Shown: one piece after another, positions 4,690 through 13,585 of the stretch
Numbering within the stretch: position 1 is the stretch's first letter
Layout of the letters: each line of letters begins with the position of its first letter
Virus record (IMG/VR): IMGVR_UViG_3300005805_000196
Location: 1-39,184 of that record
Source: a virus
Taxonomy: Duplodnaviria > Caudoviricetes
Direction: 5' to 3' (one strand)
Length of the DNA: 39,184 bases
Translations under genes and position numbers: made by a program
The notes under the pieces: model-generated
Told to the model about the DNA's origin: nothing
Databases searched by the model: none
Seen by the model: only the letters and a program-made list of their open reading frames with translations

Positions 4690-5072
4690 CCGACACCACC
4701 TTTGTTCATTCTTGTTCTTATTGCTTGTTTTTGTTGTTCGGTGAGAACGGAAAGAGCCTGGATAGCTTTCTTTGTGCTGTATCCATAGTAATCCTTCACG
4801 AGCTCAACGAGGTCATCTTCACGCTTCTTTGCCCACTTGGCAAAGCGCCTCTTAGGTCTCACTGTATTTAGTAAAAACTCGAATTGAAGCTTGTTGTCAA
4901 TTTGGCGTGAATTCATCTCGTTTGCCGCGAGGACAGTGTCGATAAAGTACGATAAAGAGCGGTTGACAACAAAGGGATTGTACGATTTCTCGACAAGATC
5001 CTTGTTGTCAGCCGCCTCAATCACATTGACTTTTGTGTGGTTGATTGCGTTCACAAAGTCAAATGGGTTCAT
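4686..5072 (-). CDS. gp62: Clamp loader small subunit
   Basis: YNPFVVNRSLSYF.D, KRRFAKW, YYGYS; synteny. Confidence 0.95.
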   Translation of the reverse strand: MNPFDFVNAINHTKVNVIEAADNKDLVEKSYNPFVVNRSLSYFIDTVLAANEMNSRQIDNKLQFEFLLNTVRPKRRFAKWAKKREDDLVELVKDYYGYSTKKAIQALSVLTEQQKQAIRTRMNKGGVG

Positions 5073-6004
5073 TTGAATTCACACTGAACCATGATCTCAG
5101 CCATGCAAGCTGCAAGATTGATCTCAGGATCAGCAACGAACGCTGCCTTGTATTGGTAGTCAGCAAGGATCAACACAAGTTGAGGAATTGATTGTGGCTT
5201 GAAAAGCCCTGCTGCTTCGTCGTAGAACTTCCTGAAAAAGACATTGCAATCAACATCAGAGTTCTCACCAACCCACTTCCTTACGTTTGAGTAGTTCTTT
5301 GCCTTCATGTCATCGACTAGCGTTGCAATTCCAGCATCATCAAGCCTAGAAAGGATGCCAGCATCAATCTTTCCATTGACGCCGTATCTCTGAAGCTCGT
5401 TGAGGATCCTTCGCCAATCAGGAAAGTGCATGCTGATCAGCTGAGCTACGACAGCATTGTCAAACGTCACTCCCTCCATCTCGAGGATCTTTGCAACCCT
5501 GATATGGAACTGCTTTGCTAGCTTCGGTGCATCCTTGCCTGATATCTTGAAGTCGATCACACCACATCTAGACTGCAGAGGTTCAATGATCCTGTTCTTG
5601 TAGTTGCATGTCAGGATGAACCCACAGTTCCTCGAGAACTCTTCCATGAAGTTGCGAAGAGCTGGCTGCGTCGAGTTTGCGTTTAGATAGTCAGCCTCAT
5701 CAAGGATCACATACTTCCGTCCCCCCATCAGAGAGACGGAAGATGCGAAGTTCTTGATCTCAACCCTCAGCGTGTCGATGTTTCCGTTCATCGACCCGTT
5801 GATCACCATATAGTCAGCTTTCAGCTGCTCGAGCAGAGCTCTTGCAACAGTGGTCTTACCAACTCCTGGCTTTCCAGCCAGGAGAAGGTTAGGAACATTC
5901 CCTTGCGAGATGAACTGCTCGAATGTCTGCTTTAGATCACTAGGAAGAATGCAATCATTAATCGTATGCGGTCGGTATTTTTCCGTCCACAAGAAGTTTT
6001 CCAT
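5069..6004 (-). CDS. gp44: Clamp loader large subunit
   Basis: LWTEKYRP, GKPGVGKT, DEAD, SRC. Confidence 0.97.
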   Translation of the reverse strand: MENFLWTEKYRPHTINDCILPSDLKQTFEQFISQGNVPNLLLAGKPGVGKTTVARALLEQLKADYMVINGSMNGNIDTLRVEIKNFASSVSLMGGRKYVILDEADYLNANSTQPALRNFMEEFSRNCGFILTCNYKNRIIEPLQSRCGVIDFKISGKDAPKLAKQFHIRVAKILEMEGVTFDNAVVAQLISMHFPDWRRILNELQRYGVNGKIDAGILSRLDDAGIATLVDDMKAKNYSNVRKWVGENSDVDCNVFFRKFYDEAAGLFKPQSIPQLVLILADYQYKAAFVADPEINLAACMAEIMVQCEFK

Positions 6005-6019
6005 AACAAATACTCCACA

Positions 6020-6703
6020 TCACTGTTCAAAGGTCGAATTAGATTCAGTGGCAACCCAATACTCTACATTGTGGGTGATTGCATCACCAAGCCCTTGAGC
6101 CTTAAAATAAGCAATCCCCTTTGATGTTGCCTTGACAATGTAGTTCTCGTTGATCATCTTCAGGTTGTCGATCTTGAAGATCAACTTGAATTCATGCGAC
6201 GTCTCACCAAGATCAATCCTGTAGATGTCGCCTGTGGGGTTCTTTGAGTTCACTGTCTGAATAGAAAGATACTGTCTATCGCCACATATTGCAAGCTCTG
6301 GTAGCTGAAGTGTTGCAATTGCTCTTTGAATTGAATGTAGGTTGCTGGCAGAGAGCTCAAACTCAATTTCGTGCTGTGGAAGTTGGATGTCCTTTTCGGG
6401 AGGAAGGACAATTGTAGATGTGTCTGCATACGTGTAGTTGACAGACTGCCTTCCTTCCCTAATCGTCATATGACCTTTGTTGAACTCAAGGGTTGGTGTC
6501 TTGAATAGCGACAAGACACCGATAAACTTAGAAAGATCATAGATAGCAAACTGTGACGGAAAATTCTCCGCCACAGTTGCCTTAGCCATCACAGTCTTAG
6601 ACACTGAGACTGTCTTCAACACATTGCCAGGCTTGAACAGCAGTGACTGGTTGATTGAAGAGAAGTTTCTCAGGATCGCAAGAGTTTCATTACAAAGACG
6701 CAT
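6020..6703 (-). CDS. gp45: Sliding clamp
   Basis: TLAILRNFSSINQS, FAIYDL..F; synteny. Confidence 0.96.
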   Translation of the reverse strand: MRLCNETLAILRNFSSINQSLLFKPGNVLKTVSVSKTVMAKATVAENFPSQFAIYDLSKFIGVLSLFKTPTLEFNKGHMTIREGRQSVNYTYADTSTIVLPPEKDIQLPQHEIEFELSASNLHSIQRAIATLQLPELAICGDRQYLSIQTVNSKNPTGDIYRIDLGETSHEFKLIFKIDNLKMINENYIVKATSKGIAYFKAQGLGDAITHNVEYWVATESNSTFEQ

Positions 6704-6704
6704 T

Positions 6705-7559
6705 TCACTTGTCCTTCTTTTTAGGCTTCAGCTTGTCAACATCTGCTGTAGCTGCTGCACCAATTGCAGCAAGATCAGCAAGGCTGCCACCAAAGATGTA
6801 GCTACCAACATGCTGGAGCTGCATCCATGGGCACAACCAAACCTTGCCACCCATCTTAGCTACGTTGTAGCAGAACATATAGTCTTCTGAGAGATAGCGC
6901 TTCGACTCTGGATCGATGATGCAGTCGAAGTAAGCCATGATCTCACGCGTACCGTCAAAGTGCTCAGTGCGAACATGATCAGGCTTGTACCAGAGATGTG
7001 GGAATGCCTTCTGATAATCCTCAAACGTCTTGCGACGAATCATCATGAAGCCAGTACCAATCTCCATCACCTCGCAAGGCTCACCAATCGGAATCTGACC
7101 AGATCCACCCTTCGGGTTGAACACGTAGTCACCAACGAACTTCTCAAGAACGTTAGGGTTTTCATCAGCAACACCCTTGTCGACAGCCTGCTTGATCTTT
7201 TCCCAAGAGATGCACTTCTTAGGATACGGACCACCCATGACATCATACGGGCTCTCATCAGTCATCAGAGCCAGCAGGGCAAGGACGTCCTGAGGATTGA
7301 AACCGATGTCGCTGTCGATGAACATTAGGTGTGTTGCACCTGAGCGCATGAACTCGTCTACGCAATAGTTACGAGCTCTCGTGATCAACGACTCATTAAA
7401 AAGAAAGTATAGCTGAAGCTGAATGTCGAGCTTAGCACATTGAGCAGCCAGATCAGCAACAGACCTAGCAAACATGCCGACACACTGACCACCATACATT
7501 GGAACAGCAAGAAACAACTTCTTCTTGCGAAGCTCCTCTACAGTCACCTTAATTTCCAT
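6705..7559 (-). CDS. GT-A fold glycosyltransferase-like protein
   Basis: PMYGG, ESLITRARN, FIDSD (DxD), GTGFMMI, YLSEDY. Confidence 0.8.
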   Translation of the reverse strand: MEIKVTVEELRKKKLFLAVPMYGGQCVGMFARSVADLAAQCAKLDIQLQLYFLFNESLITRARNYCVDEFMRSGATHLMFIDSDIGFNPQDVLALLALMTDESPYDVMGGPYPKKCISWEKIKQAVDKGVADENPNVLEKFVGDYVFNPKGGSGQIPIGEPCEVMEIGTGFMMIRRKTFEDYQKAFPHLWYKPDHVRTEHFDGTREIMAYFDCIIDPESKRYLSEDYMFCYNVAKMGGKVWLCPWMQLQHVGSYIFGGSLADLAAIGAAATADVDKLKPKKKDK

Positions 7560-8034
7560 TCTTATTCTCCTTTGTCATGTTATACTGCCCATTGTATAGG
7601 TGTGCTGTCTCAGCCTTGACCATTACAAACTGTGCAATTCTTGTATTGCGTTCAATTACAGCGTTGCCCATTACGTACAGAGTTCCGCCGATGCTGTTTT
7701 CAAATCCACTGTCGTAAAGGCCACTCATTACAAAGAGGCCATTGCGGTTTAGTGAAGAGCGAGGAATAAGGTAACCAGCATATCCTTCTGGCACCTTAAT
7801 GTGGTGCTGCGTTTCGAATTGATAGACACCCTTACCAAGAGCAAATAGACCATGTTCAGGTGAAGGAATCATCTCAATTCTGGGTCTGTGAATCGGCTTA
7901 CCTGTGTCGGTAATCACAAACTGGGTATCCATGTTAATTGCAAACAACCGATCAATTCTAACATCGATTGCATTTGGCTGAATGCAAGCAGGATCAACGT
8001 GCGAAATACCAAAATTAGAAGGGTGTACGAACAT
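7549..8034 (-). CDS. Trimeric dUTPase/dCTP-deaminase family protein
   Basis: IQPNAIDV, PRSSLNR, YDSGF, RIAQ. Confidence 0.85.
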   Translation of the reverse strand: MFVHPSNFGISHVDPACIQPNAIDVRIDRLFAINMDTQFVITDTGKPIHRPRIEMIPSPEHGLFALGKGVYQFETQHHIKVPEGYAGYLIPRSSLNRNGLFVMSGLYDSGFENSIGGTLYVMGNAVIERNTRIAQFVMVKAETAHLYNGQYNMTKENKNGN

Positions 8035-8318
8035 TACTTATCCTTTCCATAGTGCATCATCAAGATGATGTAGTGGATCGCCTTCAACAGATCCTTCCTG
8101 TTCCTGCCATCCTTCTTTCCGTAGCGTGCGAGGTACTTGATTGCGGTATCGCGACAAGTCGTCTCAGCACTACCAAGAGACTCCCACATATCTACAGTCT
8201 GAAACTGCTTGTTGCCAACATAGTGAGCTCCATACGTCTGCTTGAGATAGTCATAGACCTCTTGCAGAGACTCATCTTCACTGAACCTAAACGGAAAATC
8301 ATTATCAGACATCATCAC
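8034..8318 (-). CDS. DUF3310 (T7 gp1.7 nucleotide-kinase-like) protein
   Basis: HY, AIKYLARYGKKDG, DLLKAIHY. Confidence 0.8.
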   Translation of the reverse strand: MMMSDNDFPFRFSEDESLQEVYDYLKQTYGAHYVGNKQFQTVDMWESLGSAETTCRDTAIKYLARYGKKDGRNRKDLLKAIHYIILMMHYGKDK

Positions 8319-9235
8319 GCTCCTAAATTACTCGCCAATGGATAATAAGGACGATTAAAGTTTAACTGTTTGTTAATATGTTCGACATTGTGCCAAATCA
8401 GAGTCTCTTCGTGATCACCAGCAGCATCCGCGTGAGCGAGATCCAGGCCAACGCGAATAAACCGCCCGGTGCTTCTCTTCCAAGAGAAATCAACTTCTTT
8501 TTCAAACTTACCTGTATGCGATCCGGTCGGGCTGCGGTCAAACGCTATGCCATTAATCGCATACCAATAGGCGGCACTGCTATCCCACGTGTCGATCATG
8601 TAAAGGAATTCAGACACCAGCGAGATCTCATTTGGCCCATCAACCATACCAAGGAAGTGTATCTTCTTACCTGCACGGGTGATCACGTCAAGGATTCCCC
8701 TTTCCGCAAGGATTCTCATTGTATGCCAACGTGAGAGGAACCTCTGAAGATTGTTACCCTTCTCTGCATTGAATGCCAGAGGAGCAGCAAGGATTGAAAC
8801 ACCAATGTAGTCTACAATAGACGAATTTGCAGCCCAATCAAACGCCCTAAAATAATCATCAGGATCGCCCTGTCTCGACTGAGGCACGAAGAATGTACCG
8901 AAGCCAGCTGCTCGAAACTTAGGAGCAAGTTCCTTTGCTGCCTCAATCGTTTTCCAAGAAGGCTCATTTGGGTAGTCGCTCATAACAACATAATCAGCAC
9001 CAACCTTCTTGCCAATGTCGATCAGCTTCTCAGACGGATACATCGGCAGTCCGCGCTTGAACATCTCAAACGCAGAGTTGTCGAGGATCTTGATCTTGGT
9101 AGTGTCGCTCTTGAATGCCTGAGCGTAGGTCTCATCTTCTTCTGCAAGATGAGCGAGGATCAGATGAGCCCCGCTATCTTGCATACTCGAAGACAGAAAG
9201 TCCGTTGGTGCTATATGGCAAAACTTCGTCATCAC
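8315..9235 (-). CDS. dpdA: TGT-fold DpdA-like 7-deazaguanine transferase (DpdA3-like by context)
   Basis: ILDNSAFE, MSDYP, IHFLG, WDSS match the TGT/DpdA motif series; adjacent to que genes. Confidence 0.7.
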   Translation of the reverse strand: MMTKFCHIAPTDFLSSSMQDSGAHLILAHLAEEDETYAQAFKSDTTKIKILDNSAFEMFKRGLPMYPSEKLIDIGKKVGADYVVMSDYPNEPSWKTIEAAKELAPKFRAAGFGTFFVPQSRQGDPDDYFRAFDWAANSSIVDYIGVSILAAPLAFNAEKGNNLQRFLSRWHTMRILAERGILDVITRAGKKIHFLGMVDGPNEISLVSEFLYMIDTWDSSAAYWYAINGIAFDRSPTGSHTGKFEKEVDFSWKRSTGRFIRVGLDLAHADAAGDHEETLIWHNVEHINKQLNFNRPYYPLASNLGA

Positions 9236-9259
9236 TTACCTCATAACAAAAAGAGTTGA

Positions 9260-9514
9260 TTACTTTGAGAAAGGATCCTTACCGTCAATGTAATGATCTA
9301 CAATGGCAGGATAGACTTTCTTGTGTTGTGGATACTTTTTTTCAAACTTAGTCCTCAACTCATCGTGAGTAGGACCTTCTGGGTTCTCCATGTGCTTGAA
9401 AACAAAGTTTCTCATCTTACTATATGTCGGCTTATCGACAGCTACGCCCTTAATCTTTTTCGTCATTGGAGCCTGGGCCACGGCTTCCTTAATGATTCGT
9501 ATTACATTAGTCAT
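9260..9514 (-). CDS. Basic hypothetical protein (84 aa)
   Basis: Fills the intergenic space on the coding strand. Confidence 0.6.
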   Translation of the reverse strand: MTNVIRIIKEAVAQAPMTKKIKGVAVDKPTYSKMRNFVFKHMENPEGPTHDELRTKFEKKYPQHKKVYPAIVDHYIDGKDPFSK

Positions 9515-9525
9515 TTATGATTCCT

Positions 9526-9915
9526 TTAGGCTCTTTGACTATACAGGTTGCAACCATTCTCACCATCCTCGCTAACTGTGATGGTAAGATCACGACCTGG
9601 GTATTTATCTTGCATGTACTTCAAAAGATCGCTCGCAATCATCTCGCAGCTACGGAAATCAAGCTGAAGAGTCTTAGTATCAAAGAGAGCCTCGAGTTCG
9701 CGCTTGAGAAGGATGAACTCAATGTCTCTGTCATCATGAAACACTTCGACTTCAACCTTGAAGTGAAAGATGTGTCTGTGAGGATATCCAAGAAAGCTGA
9801 CATCCTTCAAAGCAGGATTATCGAGGGCAGCAGGATACTTGTGAATGCCCTCCTTCTGGAACGTCACCCAAATACAGGTCTTTTGTGTGTGAAATTCATT
9901 CGCTGAAATTCTCAT
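9526..9915 (-). CDS. QueD-like T-fold protein, DpdL-like (putative CDG decarboxylase)
   Basis: EGIH, LGYPHRHIFH, DRDIEF, SCEMIA, VSEDGENG; second T-fold paralog beside true queD. Confidence 0.65.
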   Translation of the reverse strand: MRISANEFHTQKTCIWVTFQKEGIHKYPAALDNPALKDVSFLGYPHRHIFHFKVEVEVFHDDRDIEFILLKRELEALFDTKTLQLDFRSCEMIASDLLKYMQDKYPGRDLTITVSEDGENGCNLYSQRA

Positions 9916-10310
9916 TTGTACCCTCCAACAATAAAATCTCTAAGATTATAGCCATCTTTAGTGGCTTTAGTGACTTCATCTGGTGCCAAATACCTAAGCT
10001 CAGTCACGCCAGACATGTCAGAATACTTGTGTTTTTCAACACCAACATAGCTCTCAACCATAAAGGAACCTTTTGGATACAGCAACTGAAAAAACTTCTC
10101 AATGAGCTTTGCTTCCTCAGCTTCTTTACAGTAGATGCTCCAAATGACCGAGATATCCCAATCATTGTATTGATCAGGATTTCTCCCATAGCCAATGGAA
10201 GCGTCTCGTGAGAAACGCTCCATTACGTCATATCGAATCGTCCATCCAAATTTGTACAGGGTCTTTCCCGTCTCCTTATGGACAAACTTCATCATATAAG
10301 CTTTGGCCAT
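9912..10310 (-). CDS. GIY-YIG/T5orf172-like nuclease-domain protein
   Basis: AYMMKF...LYKFGWT...RF...LIEK pattern. Confidence 0.5.
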   Translation of the reverse strand: MAKAYMMKFVHKETGKTLYKFGWTIRYDVMERFSRDASIGYGRNPDQYNDWDISVIWSIYCKEAEEAKLIEKFFQLLYPKGSFMVESYVGVEKHKYSDMSGVTELRYLAPDEVTKATKDGYNLRDFIVGGYK

Positions 10311-10987
10311 TACTTCATCCTGGCTGAGTTGAGGAACTCGCGTCTAAGCTCGGAATTGATCTCAGAGAACGCACCGCGTGTTGCTAGAGTCATCGTGCTC
10401 GACGAAGTGTCTTGGATGCCACGTGACTTGACACAATAGTGAACACCCTCGATGTAGACAGCAACATCCTGCGATTCTGTAATAAACGCAATCGTTTCTG
10501 CAACCTGCTCAGTCAGTCTCTCCTGGACCTGAGGACGCTTTGCAAAGAACTGTACGATACGATTCAGCTTCGATAGGCCTAGGATAGTATGCTTAGGGAT
10601 GTAGGCAACAGTTGCCTTGCCATCGATGATGACAAAGTGATGCTCACAATTAGATTGAACGTTCACGTTTCGCTCTAGAACAAAGCTAGAATTCTGCCCC
10701 ATCTTATTGTCAATTCGTGTGCACTTTGGGAAGTTGTCGTAGTTGAGACCAAAGAAGATCTCTCTCACATACATCTTTGCAACACGGTTAGGCGTGTCCA
10801 TTAGTGAATCGTCTGTAAGATCCAACCCCAGCTCCTCCATGATAGAAGTGAAGTGCTTGGCAATCTTGCCGATCTTGCTCCTCTCGTTCTTCTTGACTAG
10901 CTCATAGTTCATTGGCGTCTCAAGACCAACACTAATCAAATGCTGGCGGACCTGCTCGCCAAGAATAGGATCATTCTTATCCATCAC
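10310..10987 (-). CDS. folE: GTP cyclohydrolase I
   Basis: TPNRVAKMY, CEHH, GLSKL, RPQVQERLT, HYCVKSRG. Confidence 0.97.
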   Translation of the reverse strand: MMDKNDPILGEQVRQHLISVGLETPMNYELVKKNERSKIGKIAKHFTSIMEELGLDLTDDSLMDTPNRVAKMYVREIFFGLNYDNFPKCTRIDNKMGQNSSFVLERNVNVQSNCEHHFVIIDGKATVAYIPKHTILGLSKLNRIVQFFAKRPQVQERLTEQVAETIAFITESQDVAVYIEGVHYCVKSRGIQDTSSSTMTLATRGAFSEINSELRREFLNSARMK

Positions 10988-11460
10988 TCAAACTCCCTAT
11001 CTTCTCTGTGGCCAACTCTCATTGCCATATTAGAATCTGTCTCACGAACTTCAACCTTGCAGCACCAAATCCTCTTGGCTTCCTCTGCTCCGTAATTAGG
11101 AAGGAAGATTGTGTTAACATACTCATAGAGGAAGTCGGCCAGACCCTCGCAGCCTGTCTTCTCAACTTCCGTAATCTTGGCAAGACTGAGCTCACCAAGA
11201 CGAAGAAGCTCATTACGCTTTGGATCATCCTGCGCAACAAGCAGCGTATGATCAAACCAGTCCTCCAAAAGCGCCTTGAGGGGCTTGAGACCACCAAAAT
11301 CCATGCACCAATTGCGGGCGTCTAGCGTGTCACACTCAAACTCAAAATGAAACGACAAAGCATATCCATGAATGAGATTGCAATGACTATCAGCCCTCCA
11401 CTGCCTATAGGCAACGGGCCCTAGATGTCTATATGTCTTTGTGCTAATATACTTTGCCAT
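10984..11460 (-). CDS. queD: 6-carboxytetrahydropterin synthase
   Basis: HCNLIHGY, DFGGLK, FDHT, GCE, VEVRET. Confidence 0.92.
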   Translation of the reverse strand: MAKYISTKTYRHLGPVAYRQWRADSHCNLIHGYALSFHFEFECDTLDARNWCMDFGGLKPLKALLEDWFDHTLLVAQDDPKRNELLRLGELSLAKITEVEKTGCEGLADFLYEYVNTIFLPNYGAEEAKRIWCCKVEVRETDSNMAMRVGHREDREFE

Positions 11461-11471
11461 GTTCTTCTCCG

Positions 11472-12392
11472 TTACTTACCGATCACGTTACCATAAACGT
11501 AAACGTGCACTCGCGGTGCGATCTTGTATCCACGCTTCATCCCCTCGTCGGCAATTGCTGCAGCGGACATGTGGCCATCAATGTTGCCACCCTGACCATC
11601 AAGGTCACCGCCAACAGGCATTACCCAAATTGGATAGTTGATTCCACGTCTGCGGATCTCTTCTACAATACCAGCAAGCTCATTCCAACACTTTTCCGTG
11701 CCGTTCACGACAAACTTGAACTGGCCTGCAGACGACAGGCAATAATACTTCTGCCAATTGTCATAGTTGATTGCGTCAGTAGCAATCTCACCAGCGACAT
11801 TGAATAGCTTGGGGCTGATCGAGAAGAACAGTTCGCCATTATACTTCTCCCGATTAGAGAAATAGAAGACAAAGTCCTTCGTCAGCTCCTGTGTGCCATT
11901 TGTTTCGAAAGTGATGAACTTGACTGGATTGTTGTGAATTGTCTTCAGTGCATCCACGACAGCGGCGCTGCAAGCCTGCGCGTGCTTCATAAGAGGCTCG
12001 CCACCAGTAAACACAAGATGTGTAGCATTGCCAGTAGCGGGATGAACAAACTTACCTTCTGGATTGTGATCATTCTTCATCAGATCCTGAAGCCTCTCTG
12101 CAATCTCAAGAGGCGTTCCACTTCGCTGAAGATGCTTGAACTTCTTTGCCCACGAGTACGAGGAATCACACCCTCTGTGGAATACAGGAAGATCTTCAAT
12201 CGTCTTGTACTTAGAGACATCAAGATCCTGATAAGGCAGCTCGTATGTGGAAGGATCAGTGGGGTCCTTCTGGCCAAATCCATTGCACTGAAGGTTGCAA
12301 AGGAAGAAACGAAGCCATACGCTAGGCGTGCCGACATAGTGTCCTTCGCCCTGGAACGAGTGGAAGATCTCGCTGTAATGGTAGACAGTCAT
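11472..12392 (-). CDS. queE: 7-carboxy-7-deazaguanine synthase (radical SAM)
   Basis: EIFHSFQGEG, CNLQC, CDS, TGGEP, ETNGT, SPKL, RVH. Confidence 0.95.
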   Translation of the reverse strand: MTVYHYSEIFHSFQGEGHYVGTPSVWLRFFLCNLQCNGFGQKDPTDPSTYELPYQDLDVSKYKTIEDLPVFHRGCDSSYSWAKKFKHLQRSGTPLEIAERLQDLMKNDHNPEGKFVHPATGNATHLVFTGGEPLMKHAQACSAAVVDALKTIHNNPVKFITFETNGTQELTKDFVFYFSNREKYNGELFFSISPKLFNVAGEIATDAINYDNWQKYYCLSSAGQFKFVVNGTEKCWNELAGIVEEIRRRGINYPIWVMPVGGDLDGQGGNIDGHMSAAAIADEGMKRGYKIAPRVHVYVYGNVIGK

Positions 12393-12393
12393 T

Positions 12394-12897
12394 TCAAATC
12401 TCCTTGCTCTTCAGCATTTTCTTCTCGAACTTTTTGGCTTTCTCGAGATGATATAAGTTGGCTCTCTTGGTGAAGATAATACCATTTAGGTGATCCAATT
12501 CGTGTTGGAAGCACCTTGATGTTATTCCATCAAACTTTTTTGTCGTAGTTGTTCCATCATACGACGTGTAGCGGACCTTGATCAACTTCGGTCTCTTTAT
12601 AGGAACAAAAAGATGAGGGTATGAAAGGCAGCCTTCTTCAAGCTGGACATCTTCAGACGAAGTGTCGATTAGCCTGGGATTAAAGCAGACAATTGCTTCG
12701 GGAGCAGATCTCATGACAAAGACTCTGAAAGGGAGACCAACCTGATTTGCAGATAGTCCCATTCCGTTGTGGTGATTCATTGTCTCAATCAAGTCATTGG
12801 CAAGCTCGACTGAATTCATTGGTGGATTGAGGAAATCAAATGGCTCCAATTCTTGCCTAAGTATTGGATGATTTCGGTCTACAAGTTCACGAATCAT
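12394..12897 (-). CDS. def: Peptide deformylase
   Basis: GMGLSANQ, EGCLS, HELDH. Confidence 0.96.
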   Translation of the reverse strand: MIRELVDRNHPILRQELEPFDFLNPPMNSVELANDLIETMNHHNGMGLSANQVGLPFRVFVMRSAPEAIVCFNPRLIDTSSEDVQLEEGCLSYPHLFVPIKRPKLIKVRYTSYDGTTTTKKFDGITSRCFQHELDHLNGIIFTKRANLYHLEKAKKFEKKMLKSKEI

Positions 12898-13585
12898 GCT
12901 GCACCTCTAGTTTGTCCTTGTGGACGAAAATTGCATCACTTGATGTGACGATGTCGTTTATCTTGTTGCTTGTTACATGCACCTTTACATAATCCATTTT
13001 ATCAAAGTATGCATCTATTTGTTGATTGTTTTCTCCATACTCAACAACAACGGTAGGCTTGTGCTTTTTAATTGTGTTCTTCGCTGCTTTCAATGCAGGG
13101 ACTTCATACGTCTCAAGATCAAGCTGAATCAAGTCTAATTCTGGGTAGTCAATACTGTCCAGTGTCATTGTATAGACAGGAAACCCTTCCTCCATGATTC
13201 TACTCATGCCAACATTCTCAGGGCACGATTGCATTTTGAGAAAGCCACACTTATCGCTAAGAGCTGCATTGAACTTAATAATTCTTTCACCGCAATTGTG
13301 TGACAAACAATAGAAGTTCAGCGGCTCTGGCTCAAACGTATAGACATTGTCAAAGAAAGTTGAGAACAACATAGGGTATAAACCACAATTGCCGCCAGCC
13401 TGTATCATTGCTCTTCGATTAGGGGTGTACTTCAAGATAGATTGGATGTTTGTATTCCAATCAGAAAGAATAATTGGTAAACACCCTAGATCCGATTTGA
13501 CCCACAATAGCTTTTGATTAATCTTCTCACCTCGGTGCATTATTGGAATCGTCAGATCCCTGTAGATCTCATAATTTACCGTCAT
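12887..13585 (-). CDS. FkbM-family SAM methyltransferase
   Basis: QAGGNCG, FEPEPLN, IQLDLETYE. Confidence 0.85.
   Translation of the reverse strand: MTVNYEIYRDLTIPIMHRGEKINQKLLWVKSDLGCLPIILSDWNTNIQSILKYTPNRRAMIQAGGNCGLYPMLFSTFFDNVYTFEPEPLNFYCLSHNCGERIIKFNAALSDKCGFLKMQSCPENVGMSRIMEEGFPVYTMTLDSIDYPELDLIQLDLETYEVPALKAAKNTIKKHKPTVVVEYGENNQQIDAYFDKMDYVKVHVTSNKINDIVTSSDAIFVHKDKLEVQHDS

Noticed and set aside
8315-12392. tRNA queuosine biosynthesis operon
   Set aside because: No queC, queF, queA or canonical Zn-binding Tgt; replication-module context points to DNA modification.
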